Positions 46,801 through 60,500 of a stretch of 64,000 nucleotides of DNA are shown here, piece after piece. Made by a program: the position numbers and the translations under genes. The notes beneath the pieces are model-generated. The model was not told the DNA's origin. It did no database searches and saw only the letters and a program-made list of their open reading frames with translations. Numbering within the stretch: the first letter of the stretch is position 1; every line of letters starts with the position of its first letter. Source of the DNA: Paragordius varius (taxonomy: Eukaryota > Animalia > Nematomorpha); contig OZ176059.1 of the NCBI GenBank assembly GCA_964247055.1, forward strand, positions 1,240,001 to 1,304,000, read 5' to 3'.

Positions 46801-49800
46801 ATATATACAGTTTAGAGTCTCTTTTTTTATTAAATTAAAGGATAACTTAAAAGTTGTCCGGACTTTTGAAAGCTTTTTAACATTCGCCTACCTACCCAGT
46901 GACAGTAATGATAAAAAAATTGGGTAGTTTCGGGTTTCGAACCCTACCTACTATATACCATCAAGCCGACATTTTTGATATTAATTAACAAAATTTTTGT
47001 TTGTATATATAATAATTTTGAACATTCATAGTTTTTTTTATGGTTAAATTGTATAATTTTATAAAGTTTAAAAATGGGAAAACAATTTTTTTGTTGTTGA
47101 TTTTATTGACGAATATAATTTCTCTATTAAAAATTTCAACGCCTTTTAAACTAACAATTTTAAGTATTTATAACATAATTTTTTTAGAATGGAGATACTT
47201 ACTTTGACTCTTCTGGTATCAATTATATTGACACAATTATTGATTATAATTATCAATAATATTTTATTATTCAACATAAATTACATAGGTTTTTTTTCGA
47301 ATCATAACACAACTCTCTCTTCAGTACACATCAAATTTGACAAATTTTTTCTATAATTTAGCAAAAAGTTTATCATTTTATACAAACTTTATTTTGCTTT
47401 TAACGAAAAAAAAATTCATCATTTTTAATTTAATTCTCTTTCTTTATTTTTCCCACAGAAAGAAAAAGACATGTCCAATTTATTGATCGGTCCTAACCCA
47501 TTACCCGAATTAGCCCATGTCGTTATAGGGTTAGAGGGTGTACCCTATTATACTACCGCTAAAAATAGCTCAGTTAACACCTATACCGCTAGTCGACATT
47601 TTGTTTCAGCTTGCGTACTTAATACGCTTATGGGGGGTGGCGGTTCATTTTCAGCCGGGGGGCCCGGCAAGGGTATGTACTCTCGACTCTATACCAATGT
47701 CCTAAACATGTAAGAGTTAAAGTTTTTTTTAACAACAAAGTGATTTTTTGCAAAAAAATTCTTTTGTTTTTGGTATAATTAACGGATTAAATATGATTTA
47801 AACCTAGGGGGCTGTATGCGGCCCGCGAGAAAATTATTTATGCGAAATTTTACGGAAGCCAATTAATTTTTTGAACAATTTTTCTGAAATTTTCTCGAAA
47901 ACTGCAATGAAGTAGCAAAAAATGTTAAAAAAAGTTTTAATTATATTACAGTAAAAATTGAAATTATACGGACAAAACGTAAAAATATAAGGACAAATAT
48001 TCTTTTCTAAAAGGCAATCAAATCCTACTTTTTCAAACCTCAATTTTTCCTCTATTAACTTAATTACGGAAAAAAAAGTGATTTTTTGCAAAAATTTTCT
48101 CATTTGTTTGTTTGGTTTCTTGCACACACTTAAGATGATTTAAACCTAGGGGGCTGCCTGTGGTCCGCGAGAATGTTTTAATAACGAAATTTTACGAAAA
48201 CCCAAGTAAAATTATTTGCTTTGAAACAATATATCTGAAATCTTCTCGAAAATACGGCAATGAACTATCAAAAAATGTTAAAAAAAAGCTTTTACAGTAT
48301 CTTACAGTAACAACTGAAATTATACAGACAAAACGTAAAAATATAAAAACAAATATTCTTTTCTAAAAGACAACCATATTTTTCAAACCTTAAATTTTCC
48401 TCTATTAACTTAATTACGGAAAAAAAGTGATTTTTTGCAAAAATTTTCTCATTTGTTTGTTTTGGTTGGTTTTTTGCACGCATTAAATATGATTTAATAT
48501 GGTTTAAACTCAGGGGGTGTGGCTGTCTGTGGCCCGCGAGAATATTTTAATTACGAAATTTTACGAAAACCCAAGTAAAATTATTTGTTTTAAACAATTT
48601 TTCTGAAATTCTCGAAAATACGGCAATGAAGTATCAAAAAATGTTAAAATAAGGCTTTTTACAGTATACAGTAAAAATGAAATTATACGGACAAAACGTA
48701 AAAATATAAAGACAAATATTCTTTTCTAGACAACCTCCTTTTCAAACCTTATTTCCTCTATAACTTAATTACGGAAAAAAGGTGATTTTTCGCAAAATTT
48801 TTCTCTTTTGTTTGGTATTTTGCACACATTTAATATGGTTTAAACTCAGGGGTAGGGCTGTCTGTGGCCCGCGAGAATATTTTACTTACGAAATTTTACG
48901 GAAACCCAAGTAAAATTATTTGCCTTGAAACAATTTATCTGAAATCTTCTCGAAAACGGCAATGAAGTAGCAAAAAATGTTAAAATAAAGTTTATTATAG
49001 TAAAAATTGAAATTATACGGACAAAACGTAAAATATAAACACAAATATTCTCTCTAAAAGATAACCATACTTTTTTCAAACTTATTTCCTCTATAAGCTA
49101 TTTAATTACGAATGTAATATGTAAAACTGATTGTGTTACCAATATATATATCTGTATTTCACCCTTTTAATATTAAATAATAAGTTATTATTAAAATTAA
49201 AATGTATGGTTGTCTTTTAGAAAAAAATATTCGTCTTTATATTTTTACGTTGTGTCCGTATAATTTCATTTTTTTACTGTATGTTTAAAAATTAATAAAA
49301 TATGTTTGTCAATGCCCATATATTTTGAGAATGCGGTCCGCGAAGTTATTTGTGTTGGATACCGCCGCTGATTTAAACAATAATACAATTTTGAATTTTC
49401 GATAAAAACATCTTAGCTAATTTTTTTAAAAATAAATATTTTATGCGAGCGATTACATATTTTAAATAAGTTTGACGTTTTTTTGTTACTTGTGTAGGTA
49501 TTTGACTAATTTTTTTAGTCAATTTATAATACGGGCATTTATATCAAGTTTTGTGGTTTTTTTATTAACTTATTGTTAATAATAACAATTTTGTGTTTTT
49601 ATTTTTTCACAAAGATACATATTTCATAGGAAAGCAATATCAAGGTTTTTTCAAAAACTAAATACTTCAATACTCTTTTAATAAATTTTGAAAATCCATT
49701 TTTTTCTATTTTAAATTATTTAATATATTTTTGAATATTTTACAAGGTAAATTTGAATTATATATGGTTTATATTTTGTAAAATATATATATATATATAT

Positions 49801-50188
49801 ATATATATTTGTATGTGTTTTATATTATTTAGGCATCATTGGATTTTCAATGCAACAGCCTATAATCACACATATTCGGACACGGGTCTTTTTTGCATTC
49901 ATGCATCCACTCATCCGTCCCAACTCAGTCAGCTGGTCGATGTTATCACCCAAGAATTGACACATATGGGACAAGATATAAATAAGGTTTTTTCTCACCC
50001 CTTTTATTAATTATTTACGTTAAAGTTTTTATTCGGTTTTATTAACTTTTTATATGGATGAGTATTTCCTTGTTTGAGACTGTTTTAAAAAAAAGTCTAA
50101 AAATGAATTTATTCACATTTATATTTTTTTTAATTTACAATATAGATATATATTTTAGGTATTTTGCAGTTCTTTTGCAGTTTACATA

Positions 50189-50219
<31 letters not shown>

Positions 50220-52115
50220 TAAATCCAAATCAAAATTACCCATCGATCAAATAATAAAAACAAGGGTAATTTTATTATTTTTAGACTATAATTATTCAAC
50301 CATTTTTAACGCAATATTACAATCAAAGTCACAGGCAACGAAAATTACTGATTATAATTACCGCAACGAAAAATTCTACCAATATACTCCATTTTTTATT
50401 GTTTTAAATTCTTTATACCCCTATTTTCTTATGCTGAAAATTCCGTATATTTTTTTTCCTGCATATAGATTGAATTGGAGCGATCAAAAAAACAATTACA
50501 ATCTATGCTTATGATGAATCTTGAATCACGTCCAACCGTGTTTGAGGACATTGGAAGACAAATCCTTACCTCGGGGTGGCGCAAACCGCCTGAGCAAATG
50601 CTTCAAGAAATAAGTAATAAAGAGTTATAAAGAGTTATAACGAATTTAACAAAATATGTTAAATGTACTATCAGCAAAATTTATATTAAATTTATTAATA
50701 AATTTTTGGTTAGATTCCTCAAACTTTTTCGGATCAACCTTAAAATCAAATTAAAATTTGAAAAAGTTAAAGGAATTTAACCAAAAATCCTTAATAAATT
50801 TATTATTAATTTTGCTGATATTACATCATAGTATTCTAAAACATACTGATTCAGCCTAATCCATAATAATGTAATAAGTATGTTTAATGTATTATTAAAA
50901 GTTTTATATCTATCAAAACGGTCGCGATTAAACAAGGAATTTTCCAACCATATTTTTTATTTTTTGTACATTATATAATTAGGATCTGTTAATATGATTA
51001 TAAACATCTATATTTCAAATATCAAAGTGTTGTATTTATTAAAGGCATCGTATTAAAATGGGTTTTATACAATCATTTAGGATAATTTACATATACTATC
51101 TATATTAAATTACTGCTATTTATTAAAATTTTGATTATTATTTACAGTTTATTTTACTGTAAAAAATAGTTCAAATTTAATTTTTTACCATATTAGAAAT
51201 AATTTATTATTTGATTATACTCAATTCATGAGCTAATTAGTTTATAGAATCTGTTTAATCAAAAAAAACCCAATGACGATACTTTATATATATATATATA
51301 TATATATACATATGATAGGTGAAGTCACTCAAGATGATATAGTTAAAATTGTAACCAAGTTATTAAGCTCAAAACCAGCTGTGGGCGCCCTGGGTTCACT
51401 TAAACATTTACCTTATTATGAAAGAGTCCATACTACCCTAGTTAGGGGATATGATCAATATTACAAACATATTGATTTCAGGTTAAATGTTATTTTATGT
51501 TTTATGTCTAACTGTTTTTGATAGAATTATTTGTAAACTTTTTTTATATTCTATGTTTTAATGTTTTCCTTCGGTTTTTTTTGGTTACATTATTATGTAG
51601 TATATACAGTATGCATAAAATTGGTTGCTTATTTCACACTATAGTAGAGGGCAATTCGCAACTCAGTAGTGTATGGAAAAAAACAACAAAATTTTAAAAA
51701 AATGGGATGTAAGAGAAAGGAAATAATTGTTTATTCAACATTTTGTTGTTTTTTTCATACAACTACTGTGTGTTACAAATCGTTCAATTATAGTGTGAAA
51801 TAAACATCCATTAAAATACATGCAATATAAAAAATACAATTATTTATTTTCTTTACAAAAAAAATGATTTATTTTTACACATCAATCATTAGAGACAATA
51901 TACTAAACATATTTTTGTAAATGAATACATACAGGTATGCATTGCCAAGTCAAACTATACATAATGATTCTACATTACCAAAGTCTGAAAATAATGAAAC
52001 TTTCAATAACATTAATACTAATAAAACCAAAATACCTAAAGAAGATAATATTCATAATGATAAAAACGAGAATAGCATCAATAACACTGCAAATGAAAAG
52101 GCTATGAAAATATAA
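41805..52115 (+). CDS. PMPCA: Mitochondrial processing peptidase alpha subunit; exons 41805-42098, 42176-42258, 42678-42780, 43597-43689, 44285-44420, 45570-45748, 47459-47709, 49833-49986, 50469-50613, 51319-51481, 51935-52115 (~593 aa). Alternatively exon 10 reads through to a stop at 51521 (~546 aa)
   Basis: [13 protein letters not shown], degenerate zinc motif HFLEK (alpha type; beta has HFLEH), SVAQYTGG, glycine-rich loop [41 protein letters not shown]. Introns are in-phase GT-AG. Confidence 0.95.
43897..44171. mobile_element. MITE family A copy
   Basis: Same TIRs and TA flanks. Confidence 0.85.
45144..45495. mobile_element. MITE family A copy (degenerate left TIR)
   Basis: Internal sequence and 21-bp repeats match the other copies. 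Confidence 0.75.
45790..46110. mobile_element. MITE family A copy (left end eroded)
   Basis: 21-bp repeats and intact right TIR GTAAATGG|TA. Confidence 0.75.
47735..49100 (+). repeat. Tandem array, 4 x ~335-370 bp, in PMPCA intron 7
   Basis: Anchor G(C/T)CCGCGAGA at 47821, 48163, 48532 and 48867. Confidence 0.9.
47804..49370. mobile_element. hAT-like family D element with a nested family B element and 4x tandemly amplified left end
   Basis: Perfect 8-bp TSD ATTTAAAC at 47796-47803 and 49371-49378. The family B right TIR ends ~49281. Confidence 0.75.
50671..50821. repeat. Inverted repeat / MITE-like hairpin in PMPCA intron 9
   Basis: TATCAGCAAAATT...TTTTTGGTTAGATTCCT pairs with AGGAATTTAACCAAAAA...AATTTTGCTGATA. 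Confidence 0.65.
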
Positions 52116-53217
52116 ATTTTCTCCATAGTTTTTAATTAAAGGCGATCAAAAATTGTTTTTTTTTGTTTGAATTATATGGAATGTTTATATTGTAACGTTA
52201 ATTTTGCTTGTTAAAATGTTGAAAATTGTGAAAAAGTGGTTAGGTCGAAATGGTTTTTTAAATAATATAAAATAAATAAAATTTTGGATGAATCTTTTAT
52301 AATTTTATTTTTTGTGTGCGCAGACGTTTGCTGATAAAAAAATATGTTTGTTATATACCTGCATAAATATAATTTTAAAACTATTTTTTGTTCCCAAACT
52401 CATTGTTATAAATGCATTATTTAGATATGTGAATGTAAAAAAAGCAATATTTTATAAAATTTTCATATATATTAAACATTTTTTAGCATTAAACATTCTT
52501 TTTATCCATAACACTATTCAACATTGTTATTGATTTATTTCATATGTATATAATAAATATGATTGATTTTTTAATCCACAATATACTATATAACGTTGAT
52601 GATATATCTAAATTTCTACAGTTTCAGTCCAAAATGCCATTAAAATTTGCTGTTAAAATGTAATTTGTTGAAATCTTAAAAAAAATTATTTGGATTCAAC
52701 CATAATATACATAAATTTGCCTGTTGTACTAACAATATTAAAAAATCGGATGCAAAAAATGACCGTGAAAAATTTTCGAATAAGGATTTTTTACAATTTT
52801 TTATTTTTTAAAAAAAAATGAATCATGCACCTAAAAAGCTACAATACAGACCTAACAATTTAGATATATGAATTTATCGCTATGGGGTACAAAACTACCC
52901 CAAAAAGTAATAAATAGCAACAAAAATTTAAATTAAATCTTGAATTGCTTAGCAGTCCGACAAAGTCTTTTAGATTATCTTATTTTCTATTAGCCAAATG
53001 ACATTAAAACTGGTATTTTTGCTTTTAGCCCAATGATATAATGCAAAGCGCGGACAACTCAAAGGTGTAGTCGATACTAATTTTTTTTGACATTTAATGC
53101 TTTTTCAAAAGTATGCCCTTTAATATTTGAATATATACGGTGAATTATAGAGATAAACCATAACAAATATTTTTTTCGAAAGATTGCTCTCTACTTTTTA
53201 TAAACTTAATTTTTTTA

Positions 53218-53778
53218 CACTTGGATACAACACACTCATTTTAGTCCTTCGATTCAAATTGGGGTAGTTGGATACCCCAGTGTTTAAAATCAAATACTTT
53301 AAAATTATGGAAGGAATCGAAACCACGGCAAAATTTTGCACTTATATAACATTAATAAACGGAAATATACAAAAAGTTTTATCTAAAATACTTGATATTA
53401 CTTATTTTAAGCTAAAACCGAAGGGTAAAAATTTAGTCAACGTACATGTGTGCAATGGTAAAATTAAAAAATAATACAAATAAATCGCTTTATTTATTTC
53501 TGTCAATGTTAGATGTAATTTAAATAAAAAGCTGTAATTTTACCTTAAAAATTAAATGAAGACGATATTTTGCAAAAATTTTGTAAAATAAAAATCGAAG
53601 TAGTTTGACATAGAACTTTTTTTCAAAACACAATTTTATTATGATATTTTGGCATATTCATATAATTTTTATTAGGATAGAAGCATAAATTTAAATTGGG
53701 ACCGTTTCCTTCACTACTTTTTTACATTAATTTAAATTTAGTCTGGGGTATTTAGATACCCCAATTTGAATCGAAGTG
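53218..53778. mobile_element. piggyBac-like MITE family F
   Basis: CACTT...AAGTG|TTAA termini and internal inverted repeat CTTCGATTCAAATTGGGGTA / TACCCCAATTTGAATCGAAG. Confidence 0.65.
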
Positions 53779-54599
53779 TTAATATATATATATATATATG
53801 TATTCACGATTAAGGAATAGCGAATAAATGTACACTATATACTCTAATATTGTAATTATATAGTTTTAATGTATATGAAATTAAGGTTTAAAATATGGTT
53901 GTCTTTTCAAATATATTTGTCTGTATAATTTCATTTTTTTCTGTAAGTTTACGGTAAAGCGTTGATAATGTTAAAGAATCTGTTTTAGTAACTTTATTTT
54001 TAAAACAATGTCTCTCCCATTCATAAATACATCAACCTCATAAGAAAAATAAATGGTTCATGGTCACATCCATATTATATAATAAAATTCAACCTTGGCC
54101 AGATTCTACCACTTTATAGCCCCTATTTTCCCTTTTAAATTAATAGTAAGGACCTAAATTATATTAGTAGTTGTGAAAGCCTTAAACAATAGCCTGATTA
54201 CCCAGGTAGAGACAGTGATGACAGAAAATTACGTGGTTTCCGGGTTAAAATTCTGCACTTCAAACACACAGTGTAAGAGTCGCGGTGCCCTCCTAATAAA
54301 TGATTAAATATTTTTTTATGGTTTTTTGGTATCTATAATATCTTATATACTCTCTAAACTAGTTAGTTTGGGAATTTCATGCAATTTTTAACGGTTAATA
54401 TTTTACAATTAGAACATTATATAATTCTAAAAAGGTGGATGATTATTCGTGGTCCATAAGAAGGGTTCTTGTAATTTATCAAATATTTCTCACAAAAACA
54501 AAAGTTTATGTGGCAAAATTTTTGCATTTAGGTTAATCAATTTCTTTTTCACCCAAATATATATATATATATATATATATTACAAATTATTATTTTTAT

Positions 54600-54860
54600 G
54601 ATAAAAAAATACCAATAATTATGACATAAACGCAACTCTAAATAAAATCAATCCCGATATGTCATTGCTTGGAATTCCGCACCATTGGCCACATTATGGA
54701 ATATAACTTACTGTAATAGTCCTTGATGTTCGAAAAACTTAGAGGTACACTTAATAAAAAGGCTGAAGAAAGATAAGGTGGATGGACAATATTCTACAAG
54801 AAAAACTCAAGATTAAAACTAAAAATCGCGCAACTTATGGAGAAGTTTTTTACACAAAAT
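54600..54860 (+). mobile_element. Degenerate 3' fragment of an RTE-like non-LTR retrotransposon
   Basis: Broken frames give NKINPDMSL, GHIM and RWMDNI, resembling the C-terminus of RTE-clade ORFs (FGHIMR...RWMDNI). Confidence 0.5.
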
Positions 54861-55417
54861 TGCAAAAATTCGACCTCGACTGTAGCAATACACTCACATA
54901 CGCACAACAATATCTTTAAAAATAATTCCCACAGGCCAAATATTTTTTTGGTGTCTTCACATTTTTATGAAACTATAAAATATATAAAAATATTTTTACA
55001 TATGCACACATTTCTGTCATCATTTCCTTCATGTTATGGTAAAAAGGTAGATAAAAAAATATATTGAGAGTAATAATACTAGATTTCATTTTATTTTTTA
55101 TTTATGTATGATATATTGTTTCTGTTTTAGATAGCTACTCTGTATACTTATAATAAAAATTATAACATATTACTATTTTATCGTTTTTTTCGCAAATTTT
55201 CACATATAAATGTATCATAATTATTTACGTAATATCCTAGTGATTACTACCATATTAATGTTTCTCAATGTAGATTTCGGCCAATTGGGTAATATATTTT
55301 TATATGATAAATATAATTTTCACGTTTTTTGTCATTTAATATCATAATAATTATATATTTATAATTTTATAAACAATATGAGTAAGTGTTTATTGCTAAA
55401 AAAATTATTAATATTTG

Positions 55418-55678
55418 CAGTAAAAACTGAAATTATACGGACAAAGACAAATTTTTTGACAACCATATTTTTTAAACCCTTTTTTGCTATATAAAATATT
55501 AAATTACAATCGTAAACTACATAATGATTGTGCTACCAATTTACATTTCTATTTTATATATTGCAGTTTAAACCAATCAGTTATAATTAAAAAAATCAAG
55601 ATTCGAAAAATATGGCTGTCTTTTAAAAAAAATAGCTTTATATTTTACGTTTTGTCCGTATAATTTTAATTTTTACTG
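55418..55678. mobile_element. MITE family B copy
   Basis: CAGTAAAAACTGAAATTATACGG ... CCGTATAATTTTAATTTTTACTG|TA. Confidence 0.75.
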
Positions 55679-55824
55679 TATTTTTTTTCACTTTTTACTA
55701 TAATTAGCCAATAATTATTCCCTTTACTGCATATGCTATTGGAGTAATAAATAACTTTCGAGCAATATGTTACTCATACTGTGTATTTGGATAAGACTTG
55801 AAATACAGTAGCATATCGTATTAA

Positions 55825-56398
55825 CACTTGAATAAAATACAACACATTCATTTCAGTCCTTCGATTCAAATTGGGGTAAATGGATACCCCATTCCTGTTT
55901 AAAATTAAATACTTTAAAAAATATGGAAGGACTCGAAACCATGGCAAAATTTTGCACTTATATAACATTAATTAACCGAAATTATAAAAAAATTTATTCA
56001 ATAATACTTGATATTACTAATTTTAATTTACAATCCAAAGGTATAATTTGGTCAACGTAACATATGTGGATTGGCTAAATTGAAAAATAATACAAATATA
56101 ACCACTTTTTCTATTTCTATCAATGTTAGATGAAAATAAAAAATAGCTTAAATTTTAACGATCAAATAACACGTTATTTTGCGAATATATTGTAAAATAA
56201 AAATGGCGTTGAAGTAGTTTGACATAATCATTTTTTTTCTAAATGAAATTTTATCTAAATGTTTGGATTTTTTTATATAATTTTTATCAGGATAGAAGTA
56301 TAAATTTGAATTGGGACCGTTTCCTTCAGTTTTTTTTTAAAAAATATTGATTTAAATTTAGTCTGGGGTATTTAAATAGTCCAATTAGAATCGAAGTG
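55825..56398. mobile_element. piggyBac-like MITE family F, second copy
   Basis: TTAA|CACTT start, colinear with 53218-53778. A third partial inverted copy lies near 61265-61400. Confidence 0.65.
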
Positions 56399-57369
56399 CT
56401 AAAATAAATTAGTCCAAAATTAAATGAACAAATTAATGGTAAAGTAATGTGTTGAAACCATTTGTTGTTTTCACCATAAGCTACTGTATGGGTTAACTTA
56501 TATCCCATGTCTCCCCTTTTATATTATAATTCCTAATTTTTTTCACTATAAACTACTTTTTGTGACAACCCCTATGTTATTTAAATATATTTATTTAATA
56601 TAATATAATTATATTCCCCTCATATATTTACAATGGGTTAGATAACACCTTTAATCAGGATGACATAAGCAATGAAATCGACCCTAATCCTCAAAACTTT
56701 CATGAAAGAGCAAAAAAAATTGATGCAGAGTCTGAATTCAAAACTAATTATCCCTTAGAGGAGAATAAAGGTAGTCATATGCAAGCAAATATTTTTACTA
56801 TTGTGTATGGTATATTGCAAGGTAAATCTACACCTTCTTACTCTCCAGCCAAATAATAATTAACGACGCAAAAACATATGTGATTTTTCCTAAAAATTTA
56901 TTATTTGTTCGATTTTATTAGTTTCTATATTTTGTTTGTGCTTTTTGTTATTATTATGAAAATGAGATTTAGCTGTATGTTTGTTTCGTGCGTTCACATG
57001 TAAAATGAATAAATTTTTAATGGTTTATTTATATGTTATGCACAATTGCTTATGTGTCATTTTTATTAAGGCTGAACTTACCAGTTGTATAAAATCGAGC
57101 ATATCGTTTCAACGTACTAAGTATTATGTCGAAGTTTTTTTACTAACAATCAAATGCTATGATAATCATGTTAGCCCTTTGTCGATACTCCCCTATTAGA
57201 GTGACTTTTCCATATTGCCTGGTTAAGAATCACCTCTCATATTCTTATATGTTTTTTAAAATGAATATATCAAATTTGGTATATGACACGTTGCTATGAT
57301 AAAGTTTTAAATTAAAGGGACGACGACTTTAAACTCGATTAATAATGTCAATAAAGAGCTTCAATCCAA

Positions 57370-57525
57370 ACATATTGAAGAATTAGCAAAAACTAAATCA
57401 AATATTTTTGGTCTATTAAAAAATTGTTTTTTGATCGAGAAAAGTTTTAAACATATTAAAGATTTAGCAAAAACTAAATCATATATTTTTGGTCTATTTA
57501 AAAATTGTTTTTTGGTCGAAAAATT
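57370..57525 (+). repeat. 81-bp tandem duplication
   Basis: ACATATT(G/A)AAGA.TTAGCAAAAACTAAATCA at 57370 and 57451. Confidence 0.85.
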
Positions 57526-57699
57526 TGTCAAAATAACCGCACTTCCCGATTTTTAGGCCTCCAAAAAATTTGAGCGACCATCTATTTCTTGTAAAAAAAT
57601 AACACTTATTTTGCATAAACCGATTATTTATCAATATTAACTATGTTTAAAATCGTTAATTATTTGATTTATCATTTCAAGTTATAAAAATTATTAAAC

Positions 57700-59074
57700 T
57701 GAAAATCGGGGAATTAAAAATATCCTGGTAAAATTATACTGACAGAAGATGTATCAGGAATCATGGTGGTTTTGTCCCTAATAAAAGAAAGTTATTCACA
57801 CTTGTAATAACTGATCCATATCAGAAAATGGCGCCGTATTTTCAAATAAAATTTTTGTGGTTGATAAAGACTTCATTGCAAAAAATATCACAAAATATAT
57901 CATAAACAACCTATAAATAGCAAGAAATATTTTTTTCGATTTTAAATTAAAATGCAAGTTCCAAAATCCAATTTTTTTTACTTCTAAAATGGGCTAGTTC
58001 TCTTAAAACAAACGCAAAAATATCGAGATGGCGCGATAAAATTCTATAAATATTTGCTAAAGATTGATATCATTAAAAAATATGATTGTAGCAAAATTTT
58101 GTTAAAGCGTACTTTGGAGGCATGATTGACACGGTATAAAAACGCCTCAAAATATTATAAAAACACATCCATATAATTCAATAATGCTGAACATTTCTAT
58201 CGCTTCAAAATTTAAAATAAAGGTTCGTTTGCTTTCAAATTTTGTAATTTTTGTAAAAAAATACAAATTATATTAAACATACATTTGAAGACGAACAGAT
58301 ATAATCAAAATTTTGAGGTGATTAAATTCAGCATCATCGAATGTAGAAAAAGTGTTTTTATGATATGTGAGAGCGTTTTTATACCGTTTCCATCATGCAT
58401 AGATGAAATAGTCTTTAACTTTTTGACACATTTGTATACTTTAAATGTTTTTACTTGCAAAATTTAGCATATATTAAAACTTTTTATCCCACAATCTCGG
58501 CATTTTTGCTTTTATTTTAACTTGCCCATTTTAGGAAAGCGTAAAAATTTGAGACATCAGAGCCCACATCTAAAAATTATTATACCATTTACAGCTCAAA
58601 TTCACCCTTTAATTATGTATTTTCGAATAGTAAAAACTTTATATATTTTTTATATTAAAAATAAATAATATTTTGTCTAACATAATACTGAAAAAATAAT
58701 AGACTATTCTAAAATAATTTATATTAAGGATGAGTTATATTAGGCAAACATAATTTATTTAAAGTTATATTTTAATTGTTCAAGGGTGAATTTGAATTTC
58801 TTAAGGGTGAATTTGAATTTCTCAAGGGTGAATTTGAAGTTTAAATGGTTTTATTCTGTTTTTATATGTAGTTTATGATATGTTTTGGTTTTAGAATGAG
58901 GCATTGAGCTTTCAACAAAAAACTTTCTTTAAATGTAGAAAATTTTGCCATTTTTTGATATGAAGCAATTGCCACAAACTAGTAATAACTTTACTAATCT
59001 GTAAAACCAAAAGCACCATAATAATCCTGATGCATTATTCTATCAGAATATATATATTCAGAATGTGTACACTG
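57700..59074. mobile_element. Family C copy (contains a family A insertion); left end approximate
   Basis: Shares AAATGGGCTAGT, AACGCAAAAATATCGAGAT and ATACCGTTTCCATCATGC blocks. Right end is TGTACACTG. Confidence 0.6.
58585..58848. mobile_element. MITE family A copy nested in a family C element
   Basis: TA|CCATTTACAG ... TAAATGG. Confidence 0.75.
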
Positions 59075-59339
59075 TGCAATGTTGAACATTCGTATTATGT
59101 CGGAATTTTAATTAAAAATTCGTTCGGCTTTTATGCTAAATATAAATTGTGTTATTTTTACAATATTCACCAAATTTGAAAGCGAATAAACCTTTCAATT
59201 AAAATTCTCAATTGATAGAAATGTTTTTGTGAATAATATAGAAAAATTGCTTTTATATATCTTAAAGCGTTTTTATATCGTTTTTATCATGCCTCAAAAT
59301 AGTAGGAAGACTTCATAAAATAAAATTTTTGACATAAGC

Positions 59340-60500
59340 ACTGTCGATAAAATCTGAATATAAATATTCAAGAAAATGTACAATTATCATGGTGCTTTTG
59401 GTTTTCGCCTTACCAGTGGTTTAAGAAAATTATTTATGTGTTGAAAGCTGAATATCACAAAATGAAATTTGCGCACATTTTTTTAAATAAAATTTTTGGT
59501 GAAAACTCGAGGCTTCATTCCAAAAAATGTCACTAAAATAAATTATAACTTACATATAAAAAGCAAAACAATATTTTCAAAAAATTTTATTTTTTGTTGG
59601 TTCCGAAAATCCCAAAATTTTTTGCTTTTTCAAAATGATCTTGTTCTTTTAAAATAAACGCAAAATGCTGAAATCGCGCGATAAAAAATTTGAATATATA
59701 TTATTTGACATCGAGTGAAATATTATTTAAAAATGCATAGTTTTTACAAAAATTAAATTTTTAGCAAAATTTTGTGAAAACTGAGTTCCTACTATTTTGA
59801 GGCATGGTAAACGGTATATAAACGCTATTTTTTCTATATTTGATGATTCTGAACATTTATATCGCTTGATTCAAAGGTCGTTTACCTTAAAATTTGGCGG
59901 AATTTTTGCAAGAAAACTCATTTTAAATTTCACATAAATTTCAAGGCTAACAAACATCTTAATCGAAATTCTGAAATAATAGAGTTTAGCATTATTAAAT
60001 TATTAGAAAGAGTGTTTTTATAATATATTAAAGCGTTTTTATACCGATTCCATCATGCTTCAAACTAATATGATGTACGATTAAACAGATGAAAAAATAT
60101 GAATTTTCAATATGAATTTTTTTCTAAAAATTTAGTATATATTTAAAATTTTTAGCGCTCGATCCTGGCATTTTCGCGTTTATTTTGAGAAAACTAGCAG
60201 ATTTTATAAGATTTTATGAAAGCAAAAAATTTGGGATTTTCGGGGTTTACATCTAAAAATTAAAATTTAATATTGTTTTGCTTTATTGTTAGGTATGAAT
60301 TCTTTATCTTTATCAAATAAATTTATTTAATAAAATGTTTCCTAATTTTGCCATGTTTTGACAGGCAGCACTTACAACAAAAGTGTAAATAACTTTCTTA
60401 TATTACTCGTAAGAACCAAAACCAGGAGCAACATAATCCAAATACATTTTCCTATCAGAATATACATATTTCAACAGGTTATATTTGTGGACAGTTTGCA
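59340..60500. mobile_element. Family C copy; ends approximate
   Basis: Same conserved blocks in inverted arrangement. Confidence 0.55.

Noticed and set aside
47735-49100. Repeat array superficially like a CRISPR or a repeat-protein gene (ORFs 47834, 48160, 48292, 48882)
   Set aside because: The units are ~350-bp TE-derived duplications inside a eukaryotic intron, with no repeat-spacer structure and no cas genes.
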